From the NCBI RefSeq assembly GCF_001194135.2, contig NC_069004.1:29303493-29352690 (forward strand): a DNA stretch of 49,198 nucleotides. Direction: 5' to 3'. This DNA is from Octopus bimaculoides. Taxonomy: Eukaryota. Within the stretch, counting starts at the first letter, position 1, and every line of letters starts with the position of its first letter. The notes below the pieces were generated by a model. It saw nothing but the letters and a program-made list of their open reading frames with translations. It was not told the origin of the DNA and did not search any database. Of the stretch, positions 37,686 through 48,775 are shown in pieces. The position numbers and the translations under genes were made by a program.

Positions 37686-37729
37686 GTGTATACATATACA
37701 CACATATGCATGTATATATATATACATGT

Positions 37730-37988
37730 TTACGGGGATGTAAACACACCAACGCCGGTTGTGAAGCGGTGGTGGGAGACAAAGATAGTCACAGAGACAC
37801 ACATACATAGATATATACATACAGATAAACGATGGGTTTGATTCAGTTTCCATCTGCCAAATCCACTCTCAAGGCTCTGGTCGGCCTGAAGCGATAGCAG
37901 AAGATACTTGCCCAAGATACAACGCTGTGGGACTGAACACCGAACCATGTGGTTGAGAAGTAATCTTCTTACCATACAGCCACGCCTG
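37730..37988 (-). mobile_element. Family A SINE, 3'-truncated and diverged
   Basis: Colinear with 340-605, including the internal CA/TA slot at about 37790-37825. Confidence 0.85.
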
Positions 37989-39621
37989 TTCTTTTGGAAG
38001 GGTTTCAAATTTTGCTTCGCTGAAAAACAGTGAACAGGTCGCGGTCACAAAGCGACGAAAATAGTGTGGCAAATTAAATTTAAATGTTGAAGTGAATTTA
38101 ACGGTTTTTGTGTGTTTCTTAAATGGCTTATAAACACCTTCCACGCTGCAATTGTTTTTCATTAAAATCTTCAAAATAGCTAATATTACAAATATATATA
38201 GAAAACCTTGTTGTTACTGTCGTTGTTCAAATTCAGTTCAACTCCTATTGAACAAACCGTATGAGCAATACAGTCACGACATTCCACCCGTGACTGTACT
38301 GTCTTTTATTTTACTCAGTTATAATACTACATTATAAATGTTATTCTATTTTCTTTCCTATTTTCTTAAACGGAATTATGCATTTTGAGAGGGATTCAGC
38401 AAGTATCTCTAACAATAGATGCTCCATCTTTCATTAGCTTGCTATAGCAATTGAGGTTGTTTAACCGTTGATGGACCCTGATTGAACAAACCTTCGATTA
38501 ATGGCGTTCCAACAACGCCTACCACTCTTTTTGTTTCGGCCGTAATATATTTGGAAAAATATTATTAAGTTTTCTTACTATTTTTTAACGGAAGATCGTG
38601 GTTTGAAAAAATTAATAATTTGTCTATCTGTCTATTATTTTATGTATGTTGGGTGACCTATGAACATGTTCCTACAATCGTTCGTGATATGAAACGTTAT
38701 TAGCATGAATTAAATATAGTTGCCATCTTTAATAATCGATTTATTAAAAAAAATATCGATTCCACCAGTTCTGCGAAAAGGTTTCAGAAACTGACTAGAA
38801 TTTTCAAAATTCACGAGGAAAGTGTAGACCAGAGAAATTTAGTTGATATGAGAGGTGAATATATTAATTTAACCAGTTGATGTCCGTATGATTCCGTCCG
38901 TTTCGGAGCCTTCATATGATTCGTATGGTTCGTAGCCTTCATAGTGTAATAATAATTTCAGTGCATAATAATTTCAGTGTATAATAAAACAGTCAAAACT
39001 CGGCGCGAAACGAACCAGTAGCGGCACAGAATTGAGAAGGATAGGTTGGGAATCTCTTATCCTGGTAATGCGTGCTGAAGAAGCTAAAGCTTATTGTGCC
39101 AATGCAGAAACCAGTCCACGTGAATCCAAATACTTAAATGTATGTAAGTAGATTGTCTTAACCAAATTTGCCTTCGTTTGATTTCTGTAGTTATCACCAG
39201 TGTATTTTTTGGCGGTTTAATAATGAGTTTTGACTGTTATTTCAAGCAGGTAATCATACTAAGTATGTCCTTTGATTAATTTTAATCCCTTAGCTATTTA
39301 AATGCTATTTTTTAGCCTGCTGTCGCCTGTAGCGTTGATTCTGTTATTATCATTCTTAAATTAGTGACATTAGATAATAATAGAATTAACGGTACCTTTG
39401 TAAATTGATTTTAATATATATGTGTGTGTGTGTGTGCGTGTGTGTATGTGAACATATGCATATATGGGTACAGGACGTCACAAACAGTAAACAACATGAA
39501 ATACGAAAACAAATGCTGAATTTTCTTGAGAACAATCTTTTCTTAGTGGTCAGACCACAGGTGGTCTACTTCTAGCAAAATGGATGTCCACTTAGGGGTC
39601 ATCCCTCTTATATGTATGTAC

Positions 39622-39679
<58 letters not shown>

Positions 39680-40744
39680 NNNNNNNNNNNNNNNNNNNNN
39701 NNNNNNNNNNNNNNNNNNNNNNNNNNNNNNNNNNNNNNNNNNNNNNNNNNNNNNNNNNNNNNNNNNNNNNNNNNNNNNNNNNNNNNNNNNNNNNNNNNNN
39801 NNNNNNNNNNNNNNNNNNNNNNNNNNNNNNNNNNNNNNNNNNNNNNNNNNNNNNNNNNNNNNNNNNNNNNNNNNNNNNNNNNNNNNNNNNNNNNNNNNNN
39901 NNNNNNNNNNNNNNNNNNNNNNNNNNNNNNNNNNNNNNNNNNNNNNNNNNNNNNNNNNNNNNNNNNNNNNNNNNNNNNNNNNNNNNNNNNNNNNNNNNNN
40001 NNNNNNNNNNNNNNNNNNNNNNNNNNNNNNNNNNNNNNNNNNNNNNNNNNNNNNNNNNNNNNNNNNNNNNNNNNNNNNNNNNNNNNNNNNNNNNNNNNNN
40101 NNNNNNNNNNNNNNNNNNNNNNNNNNNNNNNNNNNNNNNNNNNNNNNNNNNNNNNNNNNNNNNNNNNNNNNNNNNNNNNNNNNNNNNNNNNNNNNNNNNN
40201 NNNNNNNNNNNNNNNNNNNNNNNNNNNNNNNNNNNNNNNNNNNNNNNNNNNNNNNNNNNNNNNNNNNNNNNNNNNNNNNNNNNNNNNNNNNNNNNNNNNN
40301 NNNNNNNNNNNNNNNNNNNNNNNNNNNNNNNNNNNNNNNNNNNNNNNNNNNNNNNNNNNNNNNNNNNNNNNNNNNNNNNNNNNNNNNNNNNNNNNNNNNN
40401 NNNNNNNNNNNNNNNNNNNNNNNNNNNNNNNNNNNNNNNNNNNNNNNNNNNNNNNNNNNNNNNNNNNNNNNNNNNNNNNNNNNNNNNNNNNNNNNNNNNN
40501 NNNNNNNNNNNNNNNNNNNNNNNNNNNNNNNNNNNNNNNNNNNNNNNNNNNNNNNNNNNNNNNNNNNNNNNNNNNNNNNNNNNNGTGTGCGTGAATGCCG
40601 GCAGCCTTGCCCAATAATGAGAACATCTGTGATGTTGCTTAATAGAAAAAAAAATTGGTAAAGAGAAAAGTTCCTGAAAGAATCTGCTTCCAGAACTATT
40701 CAACCATATTGAAGAAAGAGAGTTGCTGAAGATCACTGTGTAAC

Positions 40745-41095
40745 AAAGAAGTTCGCTTTCCAGTCGTATGGATTCAGGTTCAATCCCATTATGGGGTAGT
40801 TTCTGACTTATGTTATGGGCCCAGATCGGTGGAAGCTTTTTGAGTGAAATTGGTAGACGGAAGTTGTGTGGAAGCCCAGCGTCTATGTGTGTGCGTGTTT
40901 GGGTGTGTGTGTGTATGTTTGAGTTTGACCCATCACGGTGTGGGTTTGTTCACATCATGGCAACATAGCGGTTCGACAAAAGAGACCGATAGCATAAGTA
41001 CCAGACTTCAAAAATGAAAAAAGAAAAACAAGTGGATTAGTGCGACTAAAACCTTCTGAGCGAGTGCCCCAAGAAGGTGACAGACCAATGGCTGC
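40745..41095 (+). mobile_element. Old family A SINE
   Basis: caggttcaatccca...ttggtagacggaag...(TG)...gcggttcgacaaaagagaccgatagcataagtacc. Confidence 0.7.
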
Positions 41096-41252
41096 AAAAA
41101 TGCGTATTTTTCTTATTTCCATGGACTGCGGTCATACTGGAGCACAGCCTCTGCTGACAGTTAAAACAGGGGGCACAGATAGACAGACAGATGAATATAT
41201 ACATTTACATACATATATACATACATATACACATATGCACACACATATATGT

Positions 41253-41404
41253 ATAGATGCAGGAATGGCTGTGTGATGAGTAGCTTGCTTACCAACCACA
41301 TGGTTGTGGGTTCAGTCCCACTTCGTGGCACCTTCGACAAGTGTCTTCTGCAAAGCCTTGTTAGTGAATTTGGTAGAGGGAAACTGAAAGAAGCTCGTCG
41401 CATA

Positions 41405-41435
<31 letters not shown>

Positions 41436-41614
41436 GAGTGTGTGTTTGTCCCCCCCCCACCATCGCTTGACAACCGATAGTGGTGTGTTTACGTCCCCAT
41501 AACCTAACGGTTCGGCAAAAGAGACCGGTTAAATAAGTTCTGGGGTCGGTTTGTTCGACTAAAGGCGGTGCTTCAACATGGCCGCAGTCAAATGATTGAA
41601 ACAAATAAAAGAGT
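41253..41614 (+). mobile_element. Complete gap-free family A SINE (about 360 bp)
   Basis: A box-like TGGCTGTGTGA, B box-like GGTTCAGTCCC, CORE-like segment, (TA)n(TG)n at 41400-41445, and a 3' half ending gtcaaatgattgaaacaaataaaagagta. Confidence 0.93.
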
Positions 41615-41825
41615 AGAAGCGTATATATGTGCATGTATGTGCATTTGTGTTTGTATGAGATATTGATTGAACGAGCGTGTGCCTTGATCGAAGTATCATC
41701 TTCCAATCGATGACTTGAGTCATTGCTTTTAATCAATCGATAATTCCCTGCTTCGGATCGTGACAAGAACGAAAGGTATCACACTTGAATTTCTAGGTAC
41801 TTGAATTCAACACGTACACCTACTG

Positions 41826-41827
<2 letters not shown>

Positions 41828-41876
<49 letters not shown>

Positions 41877-41877
41877 C

Positions 41878-41918
<41 letters not shown>

Positions 41919-41960
41919 TAGTAGTAGTAGTAGTAGTGGTAGTAGTAGTAGTAGTAGCAG
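41828..41960. repeat. (ATT)n(AGT)n microsatellite
   Basis: Directly visible. Confidence 0.97.
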
Positions 41961-42379
41961 CCTTGTAGGCATGCTTAAAATCAATATTTGAATATGTTAC
42001 ATAGGGGAAAAAATTAAACGTTAAAACCGCATATTAAACTATCATCTATCGATTATCAATTGTGATGATTGAGTTAGAAGCATACCAGTATATTAAACAT
42101 CTCCGTAGTTCAGTCCTAACCATAATATTGTGTTTCTACATGTATTTTCTTATCTGCAACAAGTAGAGAGCTTTTATAATATTTAGCCTTCCATCGAAGG
42201 ATTGCTATCTCACAGGCTAAATTGAGTTTTAAATATTCTGTTTAATCTAGAGTAAGATTTTTCTTGTTGATTTTTCTTGTTGATTCTTGATAGCAATTCA
42301 TGAGTTGAAACAAATTTTGTTGTAACCTAGGATGATCAGTACCACACGCACTGGTTCTATTTTACTTCATTAACCAATC

Positions 42380-42602
42380 AATTGGTTAGTTATTTAACCA
42401 AGTGAATAATCAATCTCTTGCTTTGTCAATCAGTTGTCTGTGAAGGTCTTTTCGTCGTCATCCGCGAACTTAATGATATTCCGTCTCTCCTCCAGCTCTG
42501 CCTCAAATCTAGAGACGCAAGGGTATTGACAGGCAACTAATTGATTGAGTGACTGATAAAGCAAGCGATCGATTAGTTGGTTGGTTAAATAATTAACCAA
42601 TT
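42380..42602. mobile_element. Fold-back / MITE-like element with long imperfect inverted arms
   Basis: The outer 22 bp match at 21/22 (42380-42401 vs 42581-42602). Similarity continues to 42444/42526 with an indel. Inner hairpin cgtctct/agagacg. Confidence 0.75.
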
Positions 42603-42724
42603 AACTAATATGCGTGTGTTTATTAGTGTCAGGTTACATGTGAGATTATGAGTGCTGTTGCTTACATGAAATCTTGTACAATCTGCCGCATGGTCGTGTC
42701 ATCGGCGACTGAACCGGCACCCCC

Positions 42725-43110
42725 ACTAGCTTTTCCTGGTAAGGAGGGTTGCTAGAAACCCGGCAGGACTAAAAACAAGATGTGTCAACAGGACAGATGA
42801 CCCTAGTGTAGGTGCAATGACTGTCTAGCAATAGCACGGCCACGGAAATTCCGGGTTGGTGTCCGGTGTGCTGATAGACCATCAGGAGTGAGTTACTCCT
42901 TAGCTTTTGTCAAAGCATGTATCCAAAACCCCGATTCAAACGCAGGCCCTGTCTGCTCCGATGATCGGCGGTGATTTGACCAGCGAATCCTGTGCGACGG
43001 TCGACAATCATCGGCAAGATGAGCTGCTACGGATAACACTATCCCAAAGTGTATATATCATGTAACCAGGAAACGAAACCCCGAACATGACTCGTTGGTC
43101 GGAGCCGAAA
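42725..43110 (+). mobile_element. Probable 5' UTR region of an RTE-clade LINE
   Basis: GC-elevated island. The motifs cccggcaggactaaaaacaaga and aatcctgtgcgacggtcga..catcggca..atgactcgtt resemble RTE 5' regions as I recall them. There is no ORF support. Confidence 0.4.
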
Positions 43111-44289
43111 TACAGGAGAATCAATTAATTATGATTTTATTCAACCTATTCCCCTCTCAGATTCACACACTTACTGCAACGGTCCTTCAGTTTTTAAAGC
43201 CCTGTAAAAGAACTCGGAAGTTTGAGCCTACAAGCAGGCCTTTTCCTATATCCTAAACCCAGGACCTTTCAGCACAAGCGTGTTTATTATTGGTGCAATG
43301 ACCGCATCAAGACAGTACACGGCCATATAGCTGCCTCGGATACCCAGTGTGAAAATGAAACTACCTTTTATAGCTTTAAATCAGAAATTCTTTTTATAAT
43401 TAGCTGTTTGAAAGAACTTGCTGGCTTTTTTTTGTCCAATACTTTTCTTTTTTTTCAAACTATATAATCGTTAAACTATAAAGTCACCAGCTGACTTTCT
43501 CTAATGCGCCATAAATAACTCAAAAAGATCAAATTATTCGTCGTCGGGTCAATGATTTCTCTACAGTATTTGAAATATTGCCGTTGAGAAAGCTAGAGGT
43601 ATTGAAATATGTAGCGTGTTAATTGATAGTAATTCTCATCGTACGGTTTATATAATGTTCAAGTTAGTAGAAAAAGTAAAGGGGAAATCGTAGTGGTGGG
43701 TGTATATATAATAATGAAATTCATAAATACTACTGTTAGCATTTGTGTGTGCGTATATACATTAATATTAACACACACACATATACGTGCATATACATAT
43801 TCATTTATATGTATATATATATATATATNNNNNNNNNNNNNNNNNNNNNNNNNNNNNNNNNNNNNNNNNNNNNNNNNNNNNNNNNNNNNNNNNNNNNNNN
43901 NNNNNNNNNNNNNNNNNNNNNNNNNNNNNNNNNNNNNNNNNNNNNNNNNNNNNNNNNNNNNNNNNNNNNNNNNNNNNNNNNNNNNNNNNNNNNNNNNNNN
44001 NNNNNNNNNNNNNNNNNNNNNNNNNNNNNNNNNNNNNNNNNNNNNNNNNNNNNNNNNNNNNNNNNNNNNNNNNNNNNNNNNNNNNNNNNNNNNNNNNNNN
44101 NNNNNNNNNNNNNNNNNNNNNNNNNNNNNNNNNNNNNNNNNNNNNNNNNNNNNNNNNNNNNNNNNNNNNNNNNNNNNNNNNNNNNNNNNNNNNNNNNNNN
44201 NNNNNNNNNNNNNNNNNNNNNNNNNNNNNNNNNNNNNNNNNNNNNNNNNNNNNNNNNNNNNNNNNNNNNNNNNNNNNNNATATTGCATT

Positions 44290-44505
44290 GTATTGTTGGT
44301 TTCGAGTTTTGGAACAAGGCCAGAAAGTTTGGTGAAGAGGCTACGTCGATTAGATCGATCTCAGTACTCAAATGGTACTTATTCTATCGATCCAACATGA
44401 TGAAACACAAATCGACCTACGTGGAATTTGAATTCAGAAGGTTAAGAAGGACGCAATGCCGCAAAGCATTTTGTCCGGCGTGCTAACGTTTCTGCCGGAT
44501 CACCA
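44290..44505 (-). mobile_element. Degenerate family D SINE
   Basis: gtcgattagatcgatctcagtactcaaatggtacttatt...gaatttgaattcagaa...cattttgtccggcgtgctaacgtttctgcc. Confidence 0.82.
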
Positions 44506-44650
44506 CTCCATATTGTATTGTACCATTAACCGGAAAAATTTATAGAGTGCTCAAGGTAATGGAGTTTCGTACATTTGTAATTATCAAGCTCTCCCTTTCT
44601 CTCTCAAAATATACAAATACGCACGCATGCACATCAGACTCATACGACTC

Positions 44651-44708
44651 TATCTAAGAATATCTGAAGAAGGAATTGTAATTCCGAAATATCATCGGAC
44701 TATAGATA
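44651..44708 (+). ncRNA. Minimal type I hammerhead-ribozyme-like motif (Penelope-terminus type)
   Basis: CTGAAGA(A) at 44664-71, stem II GGAAT/ATTCC, GAAA at 44686-89, palindromic A-TA-T, TC cleavage site at 44692-93. Stem I is weak near the core (2 bp) with a distal tatcta/tagata 6-bp pairing. Confidence 0.5.
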
Positions 44709-45030
44709 ACCAATTTACAACAGGTATATAGTCCATTTTTTGTATTATAGTGCATTGTTGTACCATTCTAAACTTTATATTCTTTACATGTATCTATGTG
44801 TAGTCTTTGAACAACAAATACGAATAAAGGTATATTAAATAGCGTAGAAGACAAATTCTTGTCTTATAGAAATTATTTCCACTTCCAGAGGTGGTAAAAT
44901 AATTGCATTGAGATAATTTGGTCCAAATCGAAATAAGAAGCGGAGATAATTTTCGAAATTTCAATTAAACTAACCTTGAGATACCACTAAGAAAATGACA
45001 TACTTATTTCGTGAGACAAAAAGAGAGCTC

Positions 45031-45060
45031 TTGCTACATGTTTCTACCTCATCAGGCGTC
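45031..45060 (-). ncRNA. Hammerhead-like relic lacking stem II
   Basis: Minus: GC-CTGATGA-GGTA-GAAA-CATG-TA-GC. The core, palindromic ACATGT and GUA triplet are intact, but only 4 nt occupy the stem II position. Confidence 0.35.
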
Positions 45061-45453
45061 ATTGGCACAGCAGTTATTCTATATTATCTCCAGCACATGA
45101 GATACCAAGACATATAGACAAAGAAGAACAGAATTCCTTTATGGCCAAGTTAGCTTAAACTGGCATTTGTTAAATAATAAATGTGTGCGCGCGCGAGTGT
45201 GTGTATGTGTGTATGCTTAAGTGCGCGCGTGTGTGTGCGTGTGTATGCGTGCATGAGTGTGTGTACAAATAGATGCAAATGATAAAAACGCATTGACAAA
45301 CACTACGCTCGGAGAACAGAAACAGAAAACAACCTCAAATCAATTGTCTTAGTAACGGTTATAGCAGTTTTGACACACGTAGTCTCTTTTTGACAATATG
45401 TGCGTCTGTCTCTGTATATATGTGTGTACACACGAACACAGATTCATACACAG

Positions 45454-45490
<37 letters not shown>

Positions 45491-46272
45491 NNNNNNNNNN
45501 NNNNNNNNNNNNNNNNNNNNNNNNNNNNNNNNNNNNNNNNNNNNNNNNNNNNNNNNNNNNNNNNNNNNNNNNNNNNNNNNNNNNNNNNNNNNNNNNNNNN
45601 NNNNNNNNNNNNNNNNNNNNNNNNNNNNNNNNNNNNNNNNNNNNNNNNNNNNNNNNNNNNNNNNNNNNNNNNNNNNNNNNNNNNNNNNNNNNNNGTATGG
45701 ATATATATATATATATATACACACACATGTACTTACCAAACAGACAGACACATACACACGTATCAAAAGAGAGAAATGGAGAGAGAGAGAGAGAGAGAGA
45801 GACAAAGAGATGTTGGTAATTACGTCTTTGTAGTAAAACAATTTATGAAGGCAGAAACAGCCGTAAAAAAGAAAACTTTATGAGTGGAAACATGTTATTG
45901 CAGACATAATACAGGAAAACGATAGTTCGTTAAATCTCTTTTAAAGTAATTCCCAGCTTTGCCATAATTCAGTATTAGCTGTTTTACGGCTTCTTCTATC
46001 GCAATATAAATGTTATTAGGTATGAGAAGATTGTGATATAAGTTAGCTATGAAGGACAATGTTCGGCCTAAATTAAAGGGCCACTAATCTGCCACAATGA
46101 TCAAGAACAGAGCTGTTCGTATAAATGTTTCTCAAGCATATGTTGTCTATGGGTCCATTTGCTTCGTATCTTATTTGTATGGACCCTCTTAGCCGTTCGA
46201 TATTTTAGAGAATCATGCTATAGTTATGTCATTAAATGTAATTAGGAATTGGATTTTAAGATTTATTAAAAT

Positions 46273-46644
46273 ATAGGCGCAGGAGTGTCTGTGTGGTAAG
46301 TAGCTTGCTTCCCAAGCACATGGTTCCGGATTCAGTCCCATTGTGTGGCACCTCGGGCCGACCAAATAATCTTTGTGAGTGGATTTGGTAGACAGAAAAC
46401 TGGAAGAAACTCGCCGTATATATATNNNNNNNNNNNNNNNNNNNNNNNNNNNNNNNNNNNNNNNNNNNNNNNNNNNNNNNNNNNNNNNNNNNNNNNNNNN
46501 NNNNNNNNNNNNNNNNNNNNNNNNNNNNNNNNNNNNNNNNNNNNNNNNNNNNNNNNNNNNNNNNNNNNNNNNNNNNNNNNNNNNNNNNNNNNNNNNNNNN
46601 NNNNNNNNNNNNNNNNNNNNNNNNNNNNNNNNNNNNNNNNNNNN

Positions 46645-46679
<35 letters not shown>

Positions 46680-47133
46680 AGAATTCACAAAAAAACAAAA
46701 CAAAAGATGAAGACAGGTGGTGTAGACAACAAAAAGATGTATTAGTATAACGCTCGGGAATTGAAAAAGTCTTTAACGTTTCGAGCCTACGCTCTTCCAC
46801 AGTAAGGAACACAGAAAGAAACAAGGAGAGAAAAAAACAAGGAGAGAAAAAAAAAAGGCGACATAAAAAGAATGTGTAGTGGCTAGCGATCTATCATATA
46901 TACACATGTATGTATGTATGTATGTATTTGTTATTTGTGTCTGTGTTTGTCCCTCTCCTACCATCGGTTGACAACCGATGTTGGGATATTTACGTCCCTG
47001 TCACGTAGCGGTTCAGCAAAAAGACACCGATAGAGTAAGTACTCTGCTTACAAAGAACAATCCTGGGGGTGATTTGTTCGACTAAAGGTGTTGCTCCAAT
47101 ATGGCCTCAGTCAACTGACTGAAACGAGTAAAA
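46273..47133 (+). mobile_element. Family A SINE split at its microsatellite slot by a gap and a foreign insert
   Basis: Head at 46273-46420, 3' half at 46925-47133. Confidence 0.88.
46677..46895 (-). mobile_element. Probable Penelope-like terminal fragment with decayed hammerhead motif
   Basis: Minus 46802-46768: CTGTGGA-A-GAGC-GTAG-GCTC-GAAA-CG-TT. Stem II is perfect and ACGT is palindromic, but the core is mutated from CTGANGA. Confidence 0.5.
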
Positions 47134-47204
47134 TAAATTTTGTGCATCGTAGAAGTATAATGGATTTATTGCAGATAAATTCTAAGACCAAAATCTCATA
47201 TCGA

Positions 47205-47287
47205 CTCCAAGTGGCACAGGCCACATGGAACCCCTAAATGGCACAGTGACCACAAGGAGCCATATGGAACCCGGTTGAGATCCACTA
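47205..47287. mobile_element. Possible hAT-like MITE right terminus
   Basis: ggttgagatccacta resembles the reverse complement of a CAGTGGTTCTCAACC-type TIR, with a repeated atggaaccc subterminal motif. Confidence 0.4.
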
Positions 47288-47534
47288 GTGTAAATAATAA
47301 CCTAGTTAGGTTTTGTCATTTTAATTGCAACATAGAACAAGAAAGTGGTTATTTCTCAGCACAAAACCTTTACGTTCTGATGGCAAAGGAAATTGGAAAT
47401 TCGACATTAATTCTTTTTCCGAAGACCACTAAGTGTTGTCGATGAAATGAAAGGCTTCTAATCTGGAAAGACTATCTTCATCTCATTTACCAACGATCCT
47501 AATTCTTCCTTCATTTTGAACAATCTTTTATCTT

Positions 47535-47905
47535 TTGTAGCTTTACTTGTTGCAGTCATTTATCTGTGACCATACTGGGGCACCGACTTGAAGAATTTTA
47601 GCCGAACGAATCTACACGAGTACTTAATATATATATTATTTTAAATCCTGGTATTTTCTCTGTCGGTGTGGTTTACCGAGCCACTAAGTAACGGTGATGT
47701 AAACACACCAACATCATTTGCCAAGCAGTGATTGGAGATAAACACAAGTATAAATAAACACAAATTCATGTGTATGTGTGTGCATGTATGTGTGTATGAG
47801 TGCATCTGTGTGTGTGTGTGTGTGCATGTTTATACATGACGGGCTTCTTTCAGTTTCCGTCTAACAAATCCACCCACAAGGTTTTGGGAGACCCGAGCCT
47901 TTAGA
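47535..47905 (-). mobile_element. Old family A SINE (tail to mid-head)
   Basis: tttacttgttgcagtcattt...atgtaaacacaccaac...(TG)...gacgggcttctttcagtttccgtctaacaaatccacccacaagg. Confidence 0.8.
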
Positions 47906-48261
47906 AAGCGGTAAGTGATAATTAACATTAAAGCAAACAGAGACCTCCCAGTTTCAATCAAAAGAAGATGGAAGCTTGAGAGAGGTTCTTTACTTCGGAA
48001 ACAAAAACTGGTAATCAGCGTGGAATCAAAGAACAAGCAGAATGGAGGCCTCAGGCGGTACAACAAGATGGTCTCTACTCTGAATGCTAGGCTGCTTTCG
48101 TTGCAACTTAACGGATAAATCAAATGAATTGCCAAAATATTTGACTCAACAGAATATTTCAAAATATCTTAAAACCACAGAGCCAAGTTTAATTACGTTT
48201 ATATCAAAGAAGATGGCGAACGAAGACAGTTGATCTTATCATTGCCAGACAAGTTTGACAA

Positions 48262-48305
48262 CAGCGGATAGATTTCGGTTTTACTCAGCCTCCTCAGAGA
48301 TGATT
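48262..48305 (-). ncRNA. Decayed hammerhead-like motif
   Basis: Minus: catct-CTGAGGA-GG..CC-GAAA-tcta-TC-cgctg. The core is intact, while stems I and II are only partly paired. Confidence 0.35.
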
Positions 48306-48339
48306 TAGAAGACAGGCATGCTTTATATAAGTATCTGTG

Positions 48340-48515
48340 AGCGTGTGTACGGGTGTGTGTGTGTGTGTGTGTGTGTGTAAACAGCTAATTAGCTAGGTAG
48401 CTAATTAGATAGAGAGATACAGATATATGTGTGTGTCTGTGTGCGTGTATGTGGGACGGTGTGTATGTGTGTTGGTATGTATGAATGGGTGCATATGTAT
48501 ACGTATATATATGGT

Positions 48516-48554
<39 letters not shown>

Positions 48555-48775
48555 GTACGTATGTATGTATGTATGTGTATGTATGTATGTATGTGTATAT
48601 ATATATATATACATATATATACATATATATACATATATATATGTATCACGTATATATATATGTGTGTGTGTGTGTGTGTATACGTATATGTATATCGATA
48701 GAAAGATACATACATACATACATACACACATACATACTTACACACATACATACATACATATGTGTATATGTATAT
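48340..48775. repeat. Compound TG/TA/TATG/CATA microsatellite
   Basis: Directly visible. Confidence 0.95.

Noticed and set aside
38885-38995. Cluster of short direct repeats (gccttcata x2, taataatttcagtg x2)
   Set aside because: Most simply local slippage duplications or the end of an unrecognised repeat. No further structure was seen.
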